A stretch of DNA of 64,000 nucleotides from Polymyxa betae A26-41 (Eukaryota > Protista > Endomyxa: Phytomyxea), in contig RBZT01000499.1 of the NCBI GenBank assembly GCA_003693705.1, forward strand, positions 310,001 through 374,000. The letters are read 5' to 3'. A program made the translations under genes and the position numbers. Within the stretch, counting starts at the first letter, position 1. Each line of letters opens with the position of its first letter. Below are positions 28,826 through 40,538 of the stretch, in pieces. The notes below the pieces were generated by a model, which saw nothing but the letters and a program-made list of their open reading frames with translations, was not told the DNA's origin and did no database searches.

Positions 28826-31105
28826 CTAATCGCTCTTGATATCTTTGTAGATTCTATTAACAAACAGGTTGGCACCTGTGAATGAAATCGAAGCGCAAAA
28901 ACATCCGATACCGGACGCCAGGAGCAACGAATATGCGAAATAATACAGGGTCTGGAACATGCCTGACATCTGCGTCTTGAACACGAAATAGTAACAGCTG
29001 TACAGGAATGTGTAAAGGCCCGTACTGGCCCCGGATCCGAACGCCATCCACTGCCAGCGGTAATCCTCACTGTTCAGCTTGAAATAGGTGACGACGACCG
29101 AGACACTCATGGTGACGAACGTCAAGATGACAAAAACCAAGAGCAAGAACCCGTATACATCTGTACAAGGCACAAATCAGATTAAGCTCCAACAAACATT
29201 GCAATGCCGATCTAACAGTAAAATTTGTAGTTCCAGAAAGCGGTCAAGACGAAATGCATCTCAATGAAGATGGAACCAAAGGGCAGAATGCCGGCGATCG
29301 GTGCCAGGACGGTTGGGTTCAGGTACCAAGGCCCCAAAGGGATGGGTCTTCTCATATTTGACACCCGGCACGGAAAGTCGCCGACTTGCGTCAGATTGCG
29401 CCCTACCAAGGTCCCGGCAAGCGTTAGCGGCCCGCATAGGAAAAGCTATAGAGCGATACAACCAGAATCAGGAAACGAATGGTCGACTTCAACCACGTCG
29501 CTTACCCAAATGGCCGTAACGCTAACAACGACCGAGAATGGGATCCCGGCTGATGAGGAGTGTGTGATGGCGACGAAGTTCAGAAATGTGAGAACAGAGA
29601 CGACAGTGGCCGGGATAATGATCCAGGTCATGACGAAGACGCGCTTCCATTGCCGGCCTCGATTGCGCTTGTAGTAGGACGCCGACGAATAGCCACCGGC
29701 GAAAGACGTGAGCACCCAGGCCGTCAACACATTGGTGAGCAGAGCACCACGCCATCTATTTTGTGATATTTCAATACAAAGAGTGGTCGCTCAATGAGAC
29801 TCAAAAAAGTTCCATTAAGCAGTGAAACGCTTGCAATAAAAGCTTGGAACGAATTTAACGAACAACAAAATGACGATAACAATAACCAAAAAATATTCAG
29901 ACCATATAATGCATTTAAACAGCACAAAGAAAGCAACAGCTTCGTACCGATAGACGTGACCTGTTATAGCTAACAGACAGACCAAAGCGAGCATACAGAA
30001 GAGCTGATGACCAGCACCAAGTAACGTCGCCAATGACGAAAGATGTGGCGGCGGCCGGAACACATCGCCATGAATCTGTTTCCACCCAGATTCGTCATTG
30101 ACCGTATCCAGATCGAATCCGTCATCATCCAAGCTGTATCGAGCATAATCGTTCCGTAATGTCCTGATCACAATCAGAGCGACTAGGCCGCATAGAAATA
30201 GCACCATCATGAACGAGTTAAAGAAAGAAAACCAATGAATCTGATGCTCAAAGAAATCGCTATCCAGATAATGGTCGAATCGGCTTTCGAAGGTTTCCTC
30301 GGTCGGCTTCCAATGAATTTCAAACGTAAATGGATAGGTGCGCCCTTTGACGATGGGTTGCAGATTATCAGAAGTCAACATGACCTGGATGATGCGGTCG
30401 TCATTGTAAGTGACATCGAGGCGACGATGCGTGTAAAGATAGGCAGCAGCCGGGGTCTCATCACCGCCCGATTGAGTACCATCGGAAAACTCACCAAAGA
30501 GGCCCCATACTGGAAGCTCGTCCATGTACATTTGATACCAGTAAAGATTCTTAACAGCATTGGTGAAGATCTCGACGGATTCCGGGGTCAATACGAGCTC
30601 ACAGAGCGTCGTTTTCTCGCGATCTTGCTTGAACTGGATTAAAATTCCGCTATCTAGAGAAAGTATAAGAAAATGTCTGTTTACTATGAAATCAAAACCA
30701 AAATGATACAGAAACAGCACAGGCTTAGAGCCAGCTGAATTACTAACGCCTATAGCGAACAGAAAAGTCGACCAAAAATATACAAAGTCGAATTAGAGAA
30801 ATTTGAAGATTACCAGTTAGTTCATTGCCCTCTAATAGAGACCCAAGCGTATCGGATTTAATGGTAGGAGACTTTTCGTACGGGCGACAGAACGGCATTG
30901 ATTTGTACGAATACGTCTCCTGCGGGTTGAAATTCGGCCCGACTTTGTTCATCCATAAAATCACAGTCTCGCCAGGCGAATACTAAACGACGAGTTTAAA
31001 CGTTATTGGATAACCGTCATCGCAGCGATTAACCTGATGGCTGCTCTCATCAGCGTACGACAGACATGCGGCGATGGCCAGCAATATCAAATTGTTCCAC
31101 CACAT
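28826..31105 (-). CDS. TM9SF3: Transmembrane 9 superfamily (EMP70/nonaspanin) protein, TM9SF3-like
   Basis: Signal peptide, NKVGP.NPQETY.Y, FFEHQIHWFSFFNSFMMVLFLCGLV, ESGWKQIHGDVFR, GILPFGSIFIE and IYKDIKSD*. Confidence 0.92.
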
Positions 31106-31384
31106 GGCAGGCCAATACGTCAGGAGACGCCCTGGGCCGTCGCGAGCAGGCAGGCGGCCACGACGGAATCCAGGAGAGCGATCACGACCTGAGATGAAGC
31201 GCAGCGAAATCTCTTTCAGATGTCGATGGGGTTCCGCACAATTACCAAGGAGGCCGCGTCGCTGCTATTCCATTCAGTCTTCCTCTTTCGATCAACATGG
31301 ACCCCCCCCCCTGGATCATGTTTCNNGAAATGGGACGGACAACCCCCCCCCCCATGGCAGAAAGAATTCACTATCACAGCCTAA

Positions 31385-31431
31385 CTGAGATATGTTGCAG
31401 ACGTAGAGCTTAGCTGAGATATGTTGCAGAC
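31385..31431. repeat. 18-bp direct repeat ctgagatatgttgcagac (two copies, 11-bp spacer)
   Basis: Exact copies at 31385-31402 and 31414-31431, just downstream of the calmodulin-like stop codon. Confidence 0.9.
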
Positions 31432-31443
31432 AGAACGGAAATT

Positions 31444-32232
31444 CTACATATGTGGTTGTTTATATGTTAGAAGTTGAACATGATCTTCGTAATTGAGCCG
31501 GTTGTTGCGATCCACGTCAAGCTACAACTGAATTAGAGCGGTCAGCATATCAATATGCAATGATAAAATACCTGCTGAACAATGGCCCGGGCTTCATGAA
31601 CTGGCATTTTACCAATAACGGTTAAAGAAGCGAACAGATCTTGGATTGCAATGTGGCCGGGTTTGGTTCCATCAGAAAGCACCTGTTGAAGGCAACTGAG
31701 AGTTTGGAACAGACCACCGGTCCCGTTGGACTTACAGCAAACGCATTCAGCAATTCATCGCGATCGAAACCTTCTGCTTTCTTGCTCAGAGTAGCACAAA
31801 ACCTATCAGGGACATTTGATTCGACATCGGCCGACGACATCACCATACTCGTGGAACTGGACGCTACCGTCTTTATCGGAGTCTAACATCTTGAAAAACT
31901 GCTCGACTTCTTCCTGGAGACATATTCAATACCGTCGACAACAACATTCTGATGAACACGACCTCATTCGATTGAATGCGCAGAATTGAAAGGAGCATCT
32001 TGACCTCTTGTTTATCAATGGCACCATCTAAACAGTGGGGTCATGGGGTCAGCCCCGTTTACCCCAGTACACGCGGCCTCCTCACCTCGATTGGAATCCA
32101 CCAGATCGAAGCTACAGTGTATCATATTGGGTTACTTTGAATAATGGATTCATTGACTAACATTGTCTTGAGCTCAGCAAGCTGCTCCTGGTCGCAAACT
32201 GGCCGGGTAGCCGATGCCGACCCTGGCGACAT
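31444..32232 (-). CDS. Calmodulin-like EF-hand protein (seven short exons; missed by the ORF track)
   Basis: Manual splicing gives MSPGSASATRPVCDQEQLAELKTIFDLVDSNRDGAIDKQEVKMLLSILRIQSNEEEVEQFFKMLDSDKDGSVQFHEFCATL...ELLNAFAVLSDGTKPGHI...QQLDVDRNNRLNYEDHVQLL, using only GT-AG introns. Confidence 0.88.
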
Positions 32233-32662
32233 CGCTATGCGCCGATCGTTCAGGGTACTTAGGATCTGGGATCGCTTCTTAGACCCAAATTTGGCTGAAG
32301 ATGTCGTTGTCGCGACTTTCGATCACTTGATTTTTGGTTTAAGTTTCACTTAAGTTCGTATTCTATATCCAGCGTTTTTCTGTTTTCTCGTCGCCAAGTG
32401 TGATCACAATTTTGTCGTTGACAGAATATGATTAGCATTAATTGGAATTATCTTGCTGTCGTTGGTTTGAGGTTCTTCTCTCTATGTTGATCTCAATGCT
32501 TTCTATGTTTGATTCGCACAAATATCATAGTATCAATTTCTTTTAAACTGTGCATGTTAATATCACAGCATCTCCTATTTCATCACATTTTCTGATCATT
32601 AACGAATACACGATCGTGCAATCATCCCATGTTACTTCACGAAAGGCCAATCGACTTTGGCG

Positions 32663-33415
32663 TTATTTCCACTTCTTGTTGAACTCACCTGTAGCATCGT
32701 CGCGATTCGTGGCGAGCATTGTCTCGATATCCTTTGCTTTCGTCACCAAATGCTTCAAGAAATCCTGATCGAACTCTTTCTCAGCCGTTCTTTCCAAATC
32801 TTGTCGCAGATGCATGACCAGATCCTGAGCCTTTGAGCGTTGCCTTTCAAGCTGATCGCGCTCTCTCCGAATCTGCTCCATTTGGCGTTCGTGGTCGCCT
32901 CTCAACTTGGTCATTTCGCGGCGCATAGAAGCGATCTGTTCTGTGAAGTGTTGCTCCGGAGTCAGGGTCATTTTGCTGCCGATATCTCGAATCGATTGCA
33001 TGACGCGATGTCGGGCTGATCGGGGCGACTCCTCATCATCTGATTTCGCCTCCATGCCTTGACGTCGCTGCAGGGCGATGTACGCCATTTCGGTCGTCGT
33101 GATCGCATCGAAGATTGAACGTAGAATGCCGGATTCAGCCGGTGCCGGCTTCGTTTCTGGTGCTACCGGCAACGTCGACCGAGGTGTCAGCGGCTTTGAC
33201 GACAGCAACTTTGGCGAGATCGGCGACGTTGTCGTTATCGAGCCTCGCCGCGAGCTTGACCGCGATGGTGATTCTTCGACAAGAATACGCGGCATCATAT
33301 CGGGGTCGGCGCTTCGTCGGCGAGTCAGAGCTCGGCGCGATATTGGATCGACTGAAGGCGGGCAAGATTCAGCATCGTTGTCACTGACGATGAACCGGGG
33401 TCGAAGCAAATCCAT
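32663..33415 (-). CDS. Ser/Arg-rich protein with a C-terminal coiled coil; possibly an alternative tail of the upstream protease
   Basis: 250-codon ORF with RRRS/RRGS motifs and a heptad-rich C-terminal half. Its ATG is only about 60 bp after the protease stop on the same strand. Confidence 0.6.
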   Translation of the reverse strand: MDLLRPRFIVSDNDAESCPPSVDPISRRALTRRRSADPDMMPRILVEESPSRSSSRRGSITTTSPISPKLLSSKPLTPRSTLPVAPETKPAPAESGILRSIFDAITTTEMAYIALQRRQGMEAKSDDEESPRSARHRVMQSIRDIGSKMTLTPEQHFTEQIASMRREMTKLRGDHERQMEQIRRERDQLERQRSKAQDLVMHLRQDLERTAEKEFDQDFLKHLVTKAKDIETMLATNRDDATGEFNKKWK

Positions 33416-33474
33416 GTTCAAATATTGGCGGCGATGAATCAGATTTATGGACTAAGGGAGATATTTTTACAAAA

Positions 33475-35292
33475 CTAATAGCTTGGCACAGAGGCGATGA
33501 TCTTGCGGCACTGGCGCCAATATAAGGCATGCAGGGTCAGCTCGGCTAGAAGCAGTGAACCCACCATAACGTATACGACCATTTCCGACGCAAAGAACAG
33601 TGTACAGGTCTTTGTAGCTGAATCGAAATGTCGGACCAGGTAGCCTGTGCAATCTGGATCCAGACATCGATTCATGGGAATCCATCGTCTCTGCTGACCA
33701 TGACATTGGACGACAGCGCTACACGTCTCCGGCATCGTCGCTATCCAGAGTTAATCACTCATTGAAACGTTTTTGAGGGCGTACTGTTTAACGACAGACG
33801 GTTTGCCATGCCGAACCTGACCGCCTCCAGATCAAAGGCAGCATAGAAGGCGCGCATCGCCAGCGCCCCGAACGTTATCGATGGTGGTGATTCCATCGAT
33901 TGCGCGATCGGTATATCGCGAGAGATGCAGAGCCTGGAACCGGATATCAGGACAATTGTCTATTGACACCGGTGAGTAACCTCGCCGATCCATTGCCCAT
34001 CGGCAGCAGCAATTGGTCGAGCGGCAGGAACAGCAGAGGACCGGCCGGATTCAGCTGGAACGTTAGCTTCGGCAGCGTCTTTGTGGCATTCGCTGGGACC
34101 CAGCAAGGCATCGGCTCCGAGTCATAATGGACGGAGGGGATCCAGGCCATCACCTAGAAAATCGATTAGCGCTGGCGATGGACTAATAAGAACGCTGAGC
34201 ACCATGTCGAAGAATTCGGCGGGCAGACGAAGACAAGACGCCCCCGTATCGATCAGCGCTGATAATTGATTATTCGCGAAGCGCAAAGGACAACTGTAGC
34301 GCGATGTCGTACCTTCCCATTGGTGGCCGCTATAGTTGGCAAACAGATTGGCACCGCAGACAGTCAGGTCGAAAACAGTAAACCGATGAACGTATGGCTT
34401 GTCGTAAGGGTTCTGCGACCCCCATTGTATTACAGGTTTGTATTCATCTAATCGTAACGGGTTCAGAAAAATAATTCCGAACGTAATTCTGAACAAAACC
34501 AAACGATGTTTAGATCGCAGACGATACTGAGCTGAAACTAAACAACTATCAACACATGAAGCTTAGTTGAAACCCGTTGAAATATTTCCGAATCTGCAAA
34601 ACTGTTGTAAACCTGAGATATTGCCTATCCCGAGGACGGGGGTCTCCTCACCCAGATCCAACGTGAATATGTCAAAATGGCCGGTGTCGAGTCCCGCCAG
34701 ACGACGGAATTGAGTACAAGACTCGTCATGAGGGTCGAGACAGTACACGCGCTGTAATGACGAATATGCCAACCCGATAAGACCATCCACACCCTGAAAA
34801 GTCTGGAACCTATCCGGCCCTGATCCACGCCAGATTTGAAGTTTATCGACACCAATGTAAACCAGCGTCGCTTGTAGATCATCGCCAACCCGAACGATAT
34901 CGGTGCCAACCATCGTCCTTCCTGAATTATTGACAGTCGCCCCGTCGATTTCAAGCTCGAACGCTGCCCGAGATGTGTCCACGCCGAGAGAAGTACCAGT
35001 GCGAAATGATGATGATCTTGTATGATTGAAGCACTGCGACCCGCAAATGCTGGAATCGGTAAAGATGACCTGAAAGAGGCGGTTATCGAGCCATTGTCGA
35101 CGACGACGAACAAACCAGATCGGAAGTGCTGGTGTCGACAATGAACGTGAGATTTTGGGGCGGTGTCCCGATGCGGATAGGAATCAGGGCGTGCAAGCGG
35201 TCGTCAGCGAATTTCAGCGGATATTGGGTGGCCGATGTCGTAACTGCCGCGACAACGGCCAGGATCAGACGGCACCAGGCCGATGTCGCCAT
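33475..35292 (-). CDS. Membrane-anchored pepsin-family (A1) aspartic protease-like protein
   Basis: Signal peptide, IRIGTPPQNLTFIVDTSTSDL, DGLIGLA, ALIDTGASCLRLP, a Cys-rich juxtamembrane segment and a C-terminal TM helix. Confidence 0.82.
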
Positions 35293-35456
35293 GCGATCAT
35301 GTGGACAGATCCAATTGGGCATGACCCGAACCAAGGAGGCCCTGCATTGAGCAGTCACACGCATGCAGTTACGTTACCATTGTTTTTACTAAAACATTTT
35401 TGCACTTTAGAAAAAACAAGCAGAACGTTCTGACAAATTTGTGCGCGCAATTTTGA

Positions 35457-35515
35457 AAGGTCCCATAATGGACCTACCTAGATGGCTCGATTACTTCAGC
35501 CCCTGAAATGACGCC
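35457..35515 (+). promoter_or_regulatory. Candidate snRNA-type upstream promoter of U3 copy 1
   Basis: Blocks aaggtcccataatggacctacct and tcgattacttcagcccctgaa-tgacgccg occur at matching spacing upstream of both U3 copies. Confidence 0.65.
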
Positions 35516-35525
35516 GACAAACTTC

Positions 35526-35737
35526 AAGATCATACTTGTACAGGATCACTTCTATAGTGATTTCTCCTGTCTAGTCATACCCAAATATGACAGATCTACC
35601 AACCTGGACGATGATCCAAAGGCGCCTTCGCTTAGCGCGAGGCTGGATCTGGCCATTCTTTTGGCCAGCATCCACGATGACCGTACCGTTTGCTATCATT
35701 CCAGCTTATGGTTGCGATGGCGCTAGTCTGACAGGTT
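35526..35737 (+). ncRNA. U3: U3 snoRNA (copy 1)
   Basis: 5' AAGATCATACTT (box A'), CAGGATCACTTCTATAGT (box A, complementary to the 18S 5' end), box C' GACGATGA, box B TAGCGCGAGG, box C GATGA, box D CTGA, terminal stem aacctg/caggtt; 212 nt. Confidence 0.92.
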
Positions 35738-35757
35738 CATCTCATAATCAAATCGAA

Positions 35758-38334
35758 TTATTTTACTCGGGGTGTCATCACCCGGTATATTGGCCGATCA
35801 GGATCATCATCAAAGATTATCCGCATCGATCTGGGTGTGTTATTGCTATATTTCGATCCCGTTCCAGATCGTGGAGTTGGTGACGATGAGGGCTGTCTAA
35901 CATGCTTTCGTTCGCCACGTCGCTTTGCACGTTCAGCGTCGATTTGTCCAGACTGATGTTGCAGCAAAACGAATTGGTACAGCGACTTCCAGTTGTGAAT
36001 AGCACGCCTCTGCTTAGCTTCATTTTTAACCTTGGAATTGGATGTGCCCTTGGCCAAGCAGTCGTCAAGATCGCATTGAGTCGCTCTGCTGTTGATTAGG
36101 ACTAAATCCCAAGCAGCATTTGAGCGTCGTCGAGCCTCATCTATTTCGTCGAAGATACAGGGATCCAAATCGCTTTCTCCAATGCTGGAGACCATTGGAA
36201 TCCGGTTAGGTAATCGACTTACAAATGGCGTAGTTTTTGTTGACGATGTCGGTGATGTTTTGGTGCTTGATTGTTTGCTTGATGCTCTCGAAATCGCATC
36301 GGTATTCTCACTTACGCCTTTGCTTTGAGATGGCTGTCGATCGCCGCCATCGTTCATCACATAGTCTTCAAGATTAGGATCGCCAATGTTGCTTCTCTTA
36401 TCTTGTTCATAGCGCTCAAACTTCGCTTCTAAATGGCCTTCGTGTCCAACATTTGGAACGTCGGAATTGGGCTGGATAAGATCGTCAAGATCTCGGTAGC
36501 GAGGCTGTTGGTTTTTATCATTGGCGCCGTACTGAGCGGCATCACGATGAATCTCGTCGATCATCGCCTGGATTCCTTGATGGTCAATCTGATCGAATTC
36601 GTCCGCAGAAATGTTGCTTGGCTTTGGCGACTCCAGTTCATTGAGCATTTCGTTCATTTCCGGAATTTGCATACTGTCAGCTTGAGAATACAGCTCCCTA
36701 GCATGACGGCCGCCTCGCGCAGAACTTCCGTTTTGAACGAATGCTGTTCCATCTGATCTCGCTCGTCGATGTCCTCCAGCCGGTTTCGATCTTTGTGACT
36801 TTGTTGGCTGAGCAGCATTCTTACGTGCCTTATCTACAGCTGCTGCTATAGTTGTATCTTGATCCCCATTGGCTTCGGCGGCGATCCGGCCTGCGATGTG
36901 GCCTGTATCACAACCGCGCTGTGCACTTTCTGAGCTGTGACCACTTTCTTTCGGTGTAGTCTCTGAGCCGCGATTGCTGTCTGTTTGCTCCTTCGACAAT
37001 GATGGTTGCGAAGTGCTGTCGAAGGAGATCTTGTTAGCATCTGGAACAGTGGCCTTTAGTAACGAGCTGTCTCTAGTCAAGCGGCCAACACGATGAATCT
37101 GTGATATCGCTTGCTGCTGGCGGCTCGCTTGTTCCAATTTGAAAATTTGTGTGGAGAAGTTCGTCGTCATCTGCTCCTAAGAGAACGTGGAACCCATTGT
37201 TATTCCAAGATTCAATTTAAAAATACCTCTTTTTGCTTCCAATGCTTCCTCTCAACGGCGAATGCTTCTTTCAGACCGCGAACTTCCTCAGCACTAATCA
37301 CATTCAGTAACGAGTGTATTTTTCGTCGACATCTGTACTGTTGTCGTTCGAGTTCCTCACGAGCTCGGGTCATTGCTGAGATCTGTGATCGCATGTTGAT
37401 ATCGCCTTGCTGAAGCGCTTTTGAGACAGTGACAGACGAGACCGAATTCTCGAGACGCTCCTCGAGCAGACGAATTCGTACTTGCAAATCTTGGATCTGT
37501 TCGGCTGCTTTCGCATCATCAGCGGCTTTTTCAAGCTTCAATGTTCGAAGGTGATCCCGCTGCTCTTTCAGCTGCTTTTGGTATCGATCAACCAGCTCAG
37601 CCAGATTTGTCGATTGCTGTTTAGCAGCATGGAGCTCTTCTTTGACTAGATTCATCTATAACTTTGTAAGGATAGAGGATCAAGCCAAGGTAGCATTCTG
37701 AGACCTGCAACTCGAACGTCTTCGTGCGATTATCGAGTTTAGCTCGAGCTTCCTGCAGTAATCTGTTCCATTCGGCAGCCTCGATTCGCCCGTCACCGTT
37801 GAACGTGATCTGTGAGCCCATCCTTTGCAGAATCGGGCGATGATCGGCTGGATAGTCTCGTAACGTCGTCCCGTGCAACTGTTGGTTGTGAAGGCGCTGA
37901 TTCACATCGTTTTCAGTTATTAATGTTTTCAATGCCAACAGCTGCTCATAGAATTCGTTTCTTTGCTCAGATAAGGTAGCATTACGTCTATCGAGTTGCC
38001 CTTTCATATAAACTTCGCGAGCTGCCTGTTCAGCAATGCATTTCTCTAACGAAATGACATACTGCCTATACAGTTCCATTTCATGGCGATTTTCGGCAAC
38101 AATTTCGTTGGCGTGCTGTATCTGGGCAGCACAATGGCTAAGAGTCGATAACCGGGACATGACATCAAAGAATAGCACGTCGATGGACGAGTTCAAGTTG
38201 CATTGGCTTCGGCAGCCATCTGCCTGAGCAGCGCTTAGAAGCCTATCTCGAATACAAGTGAGGTCTAAAAGATCCGGTGATGATGGGGTGCTGGGGTCCC
38301 CAGGGTCCACTACAACCTTGCTTCCTTCTAGCAT
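35758..38334 (-). CDS. Uncharacterised protein with an N-terminal coiled coil and a long disordered C-terminus (at least three exons)
   Basis: Three long consecutive minus-strand ORFs joined by GT-AG introns of about 50 nt; no recognisable family motif. Confidence 0.7.
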
Positions 38335-38988
38335 GTTGCATCTGATATGAGATCACCAGCGTACTAGGGACACTGCCTTAATCATCATCGAATGAAAACC
38401 GCGAAAGCTTGAATCCCCGATAAAACCTATCGTAGATACTCATTGGATGGCCTTAAACGCTAATGAAAGGCATGGATGTGGTCAAAGCTTCGAACACATT
38501 CTTGTCTTTATGGTTCTGGTTCAACAGCTTTAAGCCTCCTTCATTTCGTGACCAATCTGGTCCGCTTATGGGGATTCGTTGAAGCGATGATAGAGAATCT
38601 TCCAGCCATCCAAGAAATATTGACGCGATTGAGGGCCGAAGATACTTCACTCTCCAACACTTGATGGAAGATACTGCATTCCTAGTACAAACATAACGCG
38701 AGCAGATGGATTGATGCTTTAGCGAGTGTCTGATTGATAAACAAATGATTCAACTCGTCGATAATCCTGATTTCAGGATTACCCACGGCTACCAACTACG
38801 CGATCCAGTTCGGAGAAAACCTGTGAATCAACGAACCACTGCTCCTTTGTATGTACGATTTAGGTATACCAGACCTTTAACGGCCAACGCCCTGTAATGA
38901 GAATAGCAGAGTGTCTTTCAGATAGTGGAGAGAGGCGGAGTCCGTGCGCACACCCCTTTGAAGTCGCTTTGAAAGGCAATTGGTCGCC

Positions 38989-39279
38989 ATGCCCAAGGTT
39001 GAAGGCCCCGATCTCGAGCGGTATATGGACAAGCACGTCCTCCTGAAGCTGAACGCCAACCGGCGGGTTAGCGGACTGCTGCGAGGCTACGACCAGTTCA
39101 TGAACGTCGTGCTGGAGGACACCGTCGAAGAGGTATCCCAGGAGGAACGAAATAACATCGGCATTGTGGTATGCTCGCAGAAAATTTACAAATGTTGTCC
39201 ATTTAGCTGCGATCAGGTTGTTCGAGGAAACAGCATCAACATGATTGAACCATTAGAAAAGGTCGAAGGACGCCGTTAA
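38989..39279 (+). CDS. SNRPG: Small nuclear ribonucleoprotein SmG (in-frame 48-nt intron 39169-39216)
   Basis: PDLERYMDK..LKLNANRRVSGLLRGYDQFMNVVLE...IGIVVVRGNSI..IEPLE. Confidence 0.93.
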   Translation: MPKVEGPDLERYMDKHVLLKLNANRRVSGLLRGYDQFMNVVLEDTVEEVSQEERNNIGIVVCSQKIYKCCPFSCDQVVRGNSINMIEPLEKVEGRR

Positions 39280-39312
39280 ACTCTAAATATACCATCATTG
39301 ATTTTATTTGTA

Positions 39313-40415
39313 TCATCGCCGAAGGAGAGGCTCGACGCTAGTTTGCCAGTATTGCTTGCTTGCCCTGGACGTCACCAAGAACGTTGGAAGATTATGATAG
39401 ACCGTGAATTCAGGGCATTTCAGGACATCGCCCAAAGTCGAATTGAGATCAACCAGCAACATCTGGTCAGACGATTCGTTTTGGCGAAATGTGACGCAAA
39501 CCGATTTCATGTTATAATGGCGGTGGGCGTCCCATTCGGGTGATGGCAATAGCATCACGTTCAGCATCTCTCGGAAGGTCACATCTTCATGCCAATCACG
39601 AATCGTATCGGTTGTGTGGTGTTCTGGATAGAGAATCAGCACAGGCCAATGCAGCTTGTTCTCTTCGTCTAGGAACGGTTTCGAGTCCAGAAGTGTATCG
39701 CCGGCACCGAACACGATCTCATCCTCTTCTTCATCGGCCTCGATTAAATGAATGCCACGTTCGCGGCAAGCATCGCGAACGATGGCCGCCTGTCGCTGCT
39801 CCTCAGAGGCTCTCGCCTCCTTTTCACGTTGCCGTCTTCGTTGGGATATCAATTTGTCGCGGGCGTCGCCAAATATCTTCTTAACAGACTCGTTGTTGGC
39901 ATCGATTTTCAAGGCACGAACACAATAATCCATGCAGTCCTTATAGCGCCCTAACAACAACAAGGCTTTCGACGTCCGGTATAGAACTTTGATATTGTCA
40001 GGTCTATACTCAAGACTCTTTTTGCAATCGTCAAAGGCTCTGCCCAAATTCCCAAGTTGCAGATGAACTTGGGCTCTGTTTCCGTAGATAGTAGCGATCA
40101 GGTCTTCGTCGGTAACCTTGTGTTCCAAGGCATTCGTATAGTATTGAATGGCATCGGCCCATCGATACTTTCCGAGTTTATACGCCTGATTTCCGCTGTT
40201 TTTCAGTCCCTCAGCGAGATCTAACAAAACAATAAGATAGATGAAAAAGCAAAAAAGTGACTGCGACCGTTGGGATCAGTCTCGTCCAATAAAGCATTAA
40301 GAGCTTCCATATGTGTGGACATTGGCTCTCCCTCAGTAGGGATATGGTCCATGAATAACGGCATGCTCTGAAACTTCCTTTCCAGTTCTTCATCTTCGGG
40401 TGAAAGTCTGGTCAT
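39313..40415 (-). CDS. TTC4: TPR co-chaperone TTC4/Cns1
   Basis: MPLFM..ALNALL N-terminus, three TPRs (KNSGN..NRAQVHL..KVLYR) and wheel-domain LHWPVLILYPE..TDTI. Confidence 0.88.
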
Positions 40416-40538
40416 GATATCTGCAGCTTCGCCCAGATCCGTCAGCTGATAATCAATTTCTGAGATATTTTCGAATTAAACTCCGTTGCGGAGTCCGCCA
40501 CAAATCGGAAAATTACTATCTAACGAGTTCGTACTGTA

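Noticed and set aside
31385-31431. Direct repeat as a mini CRISPR array
   Set aside because: Only two 18-bp units with an 11-bp spacer, in a eukaryotic genome with no cas genes.
35587-35883. ORFs overlapping the U3 repeat (also 60364-60675)
   Set aside because: Shared peptide text only reflects the duplicated U3 snoRNA gene.
38453-38720. Possible LRR-protein relic (EILTRLRAEDTSL)
   Set aside because: Short, stop-interrupted and not extendable.
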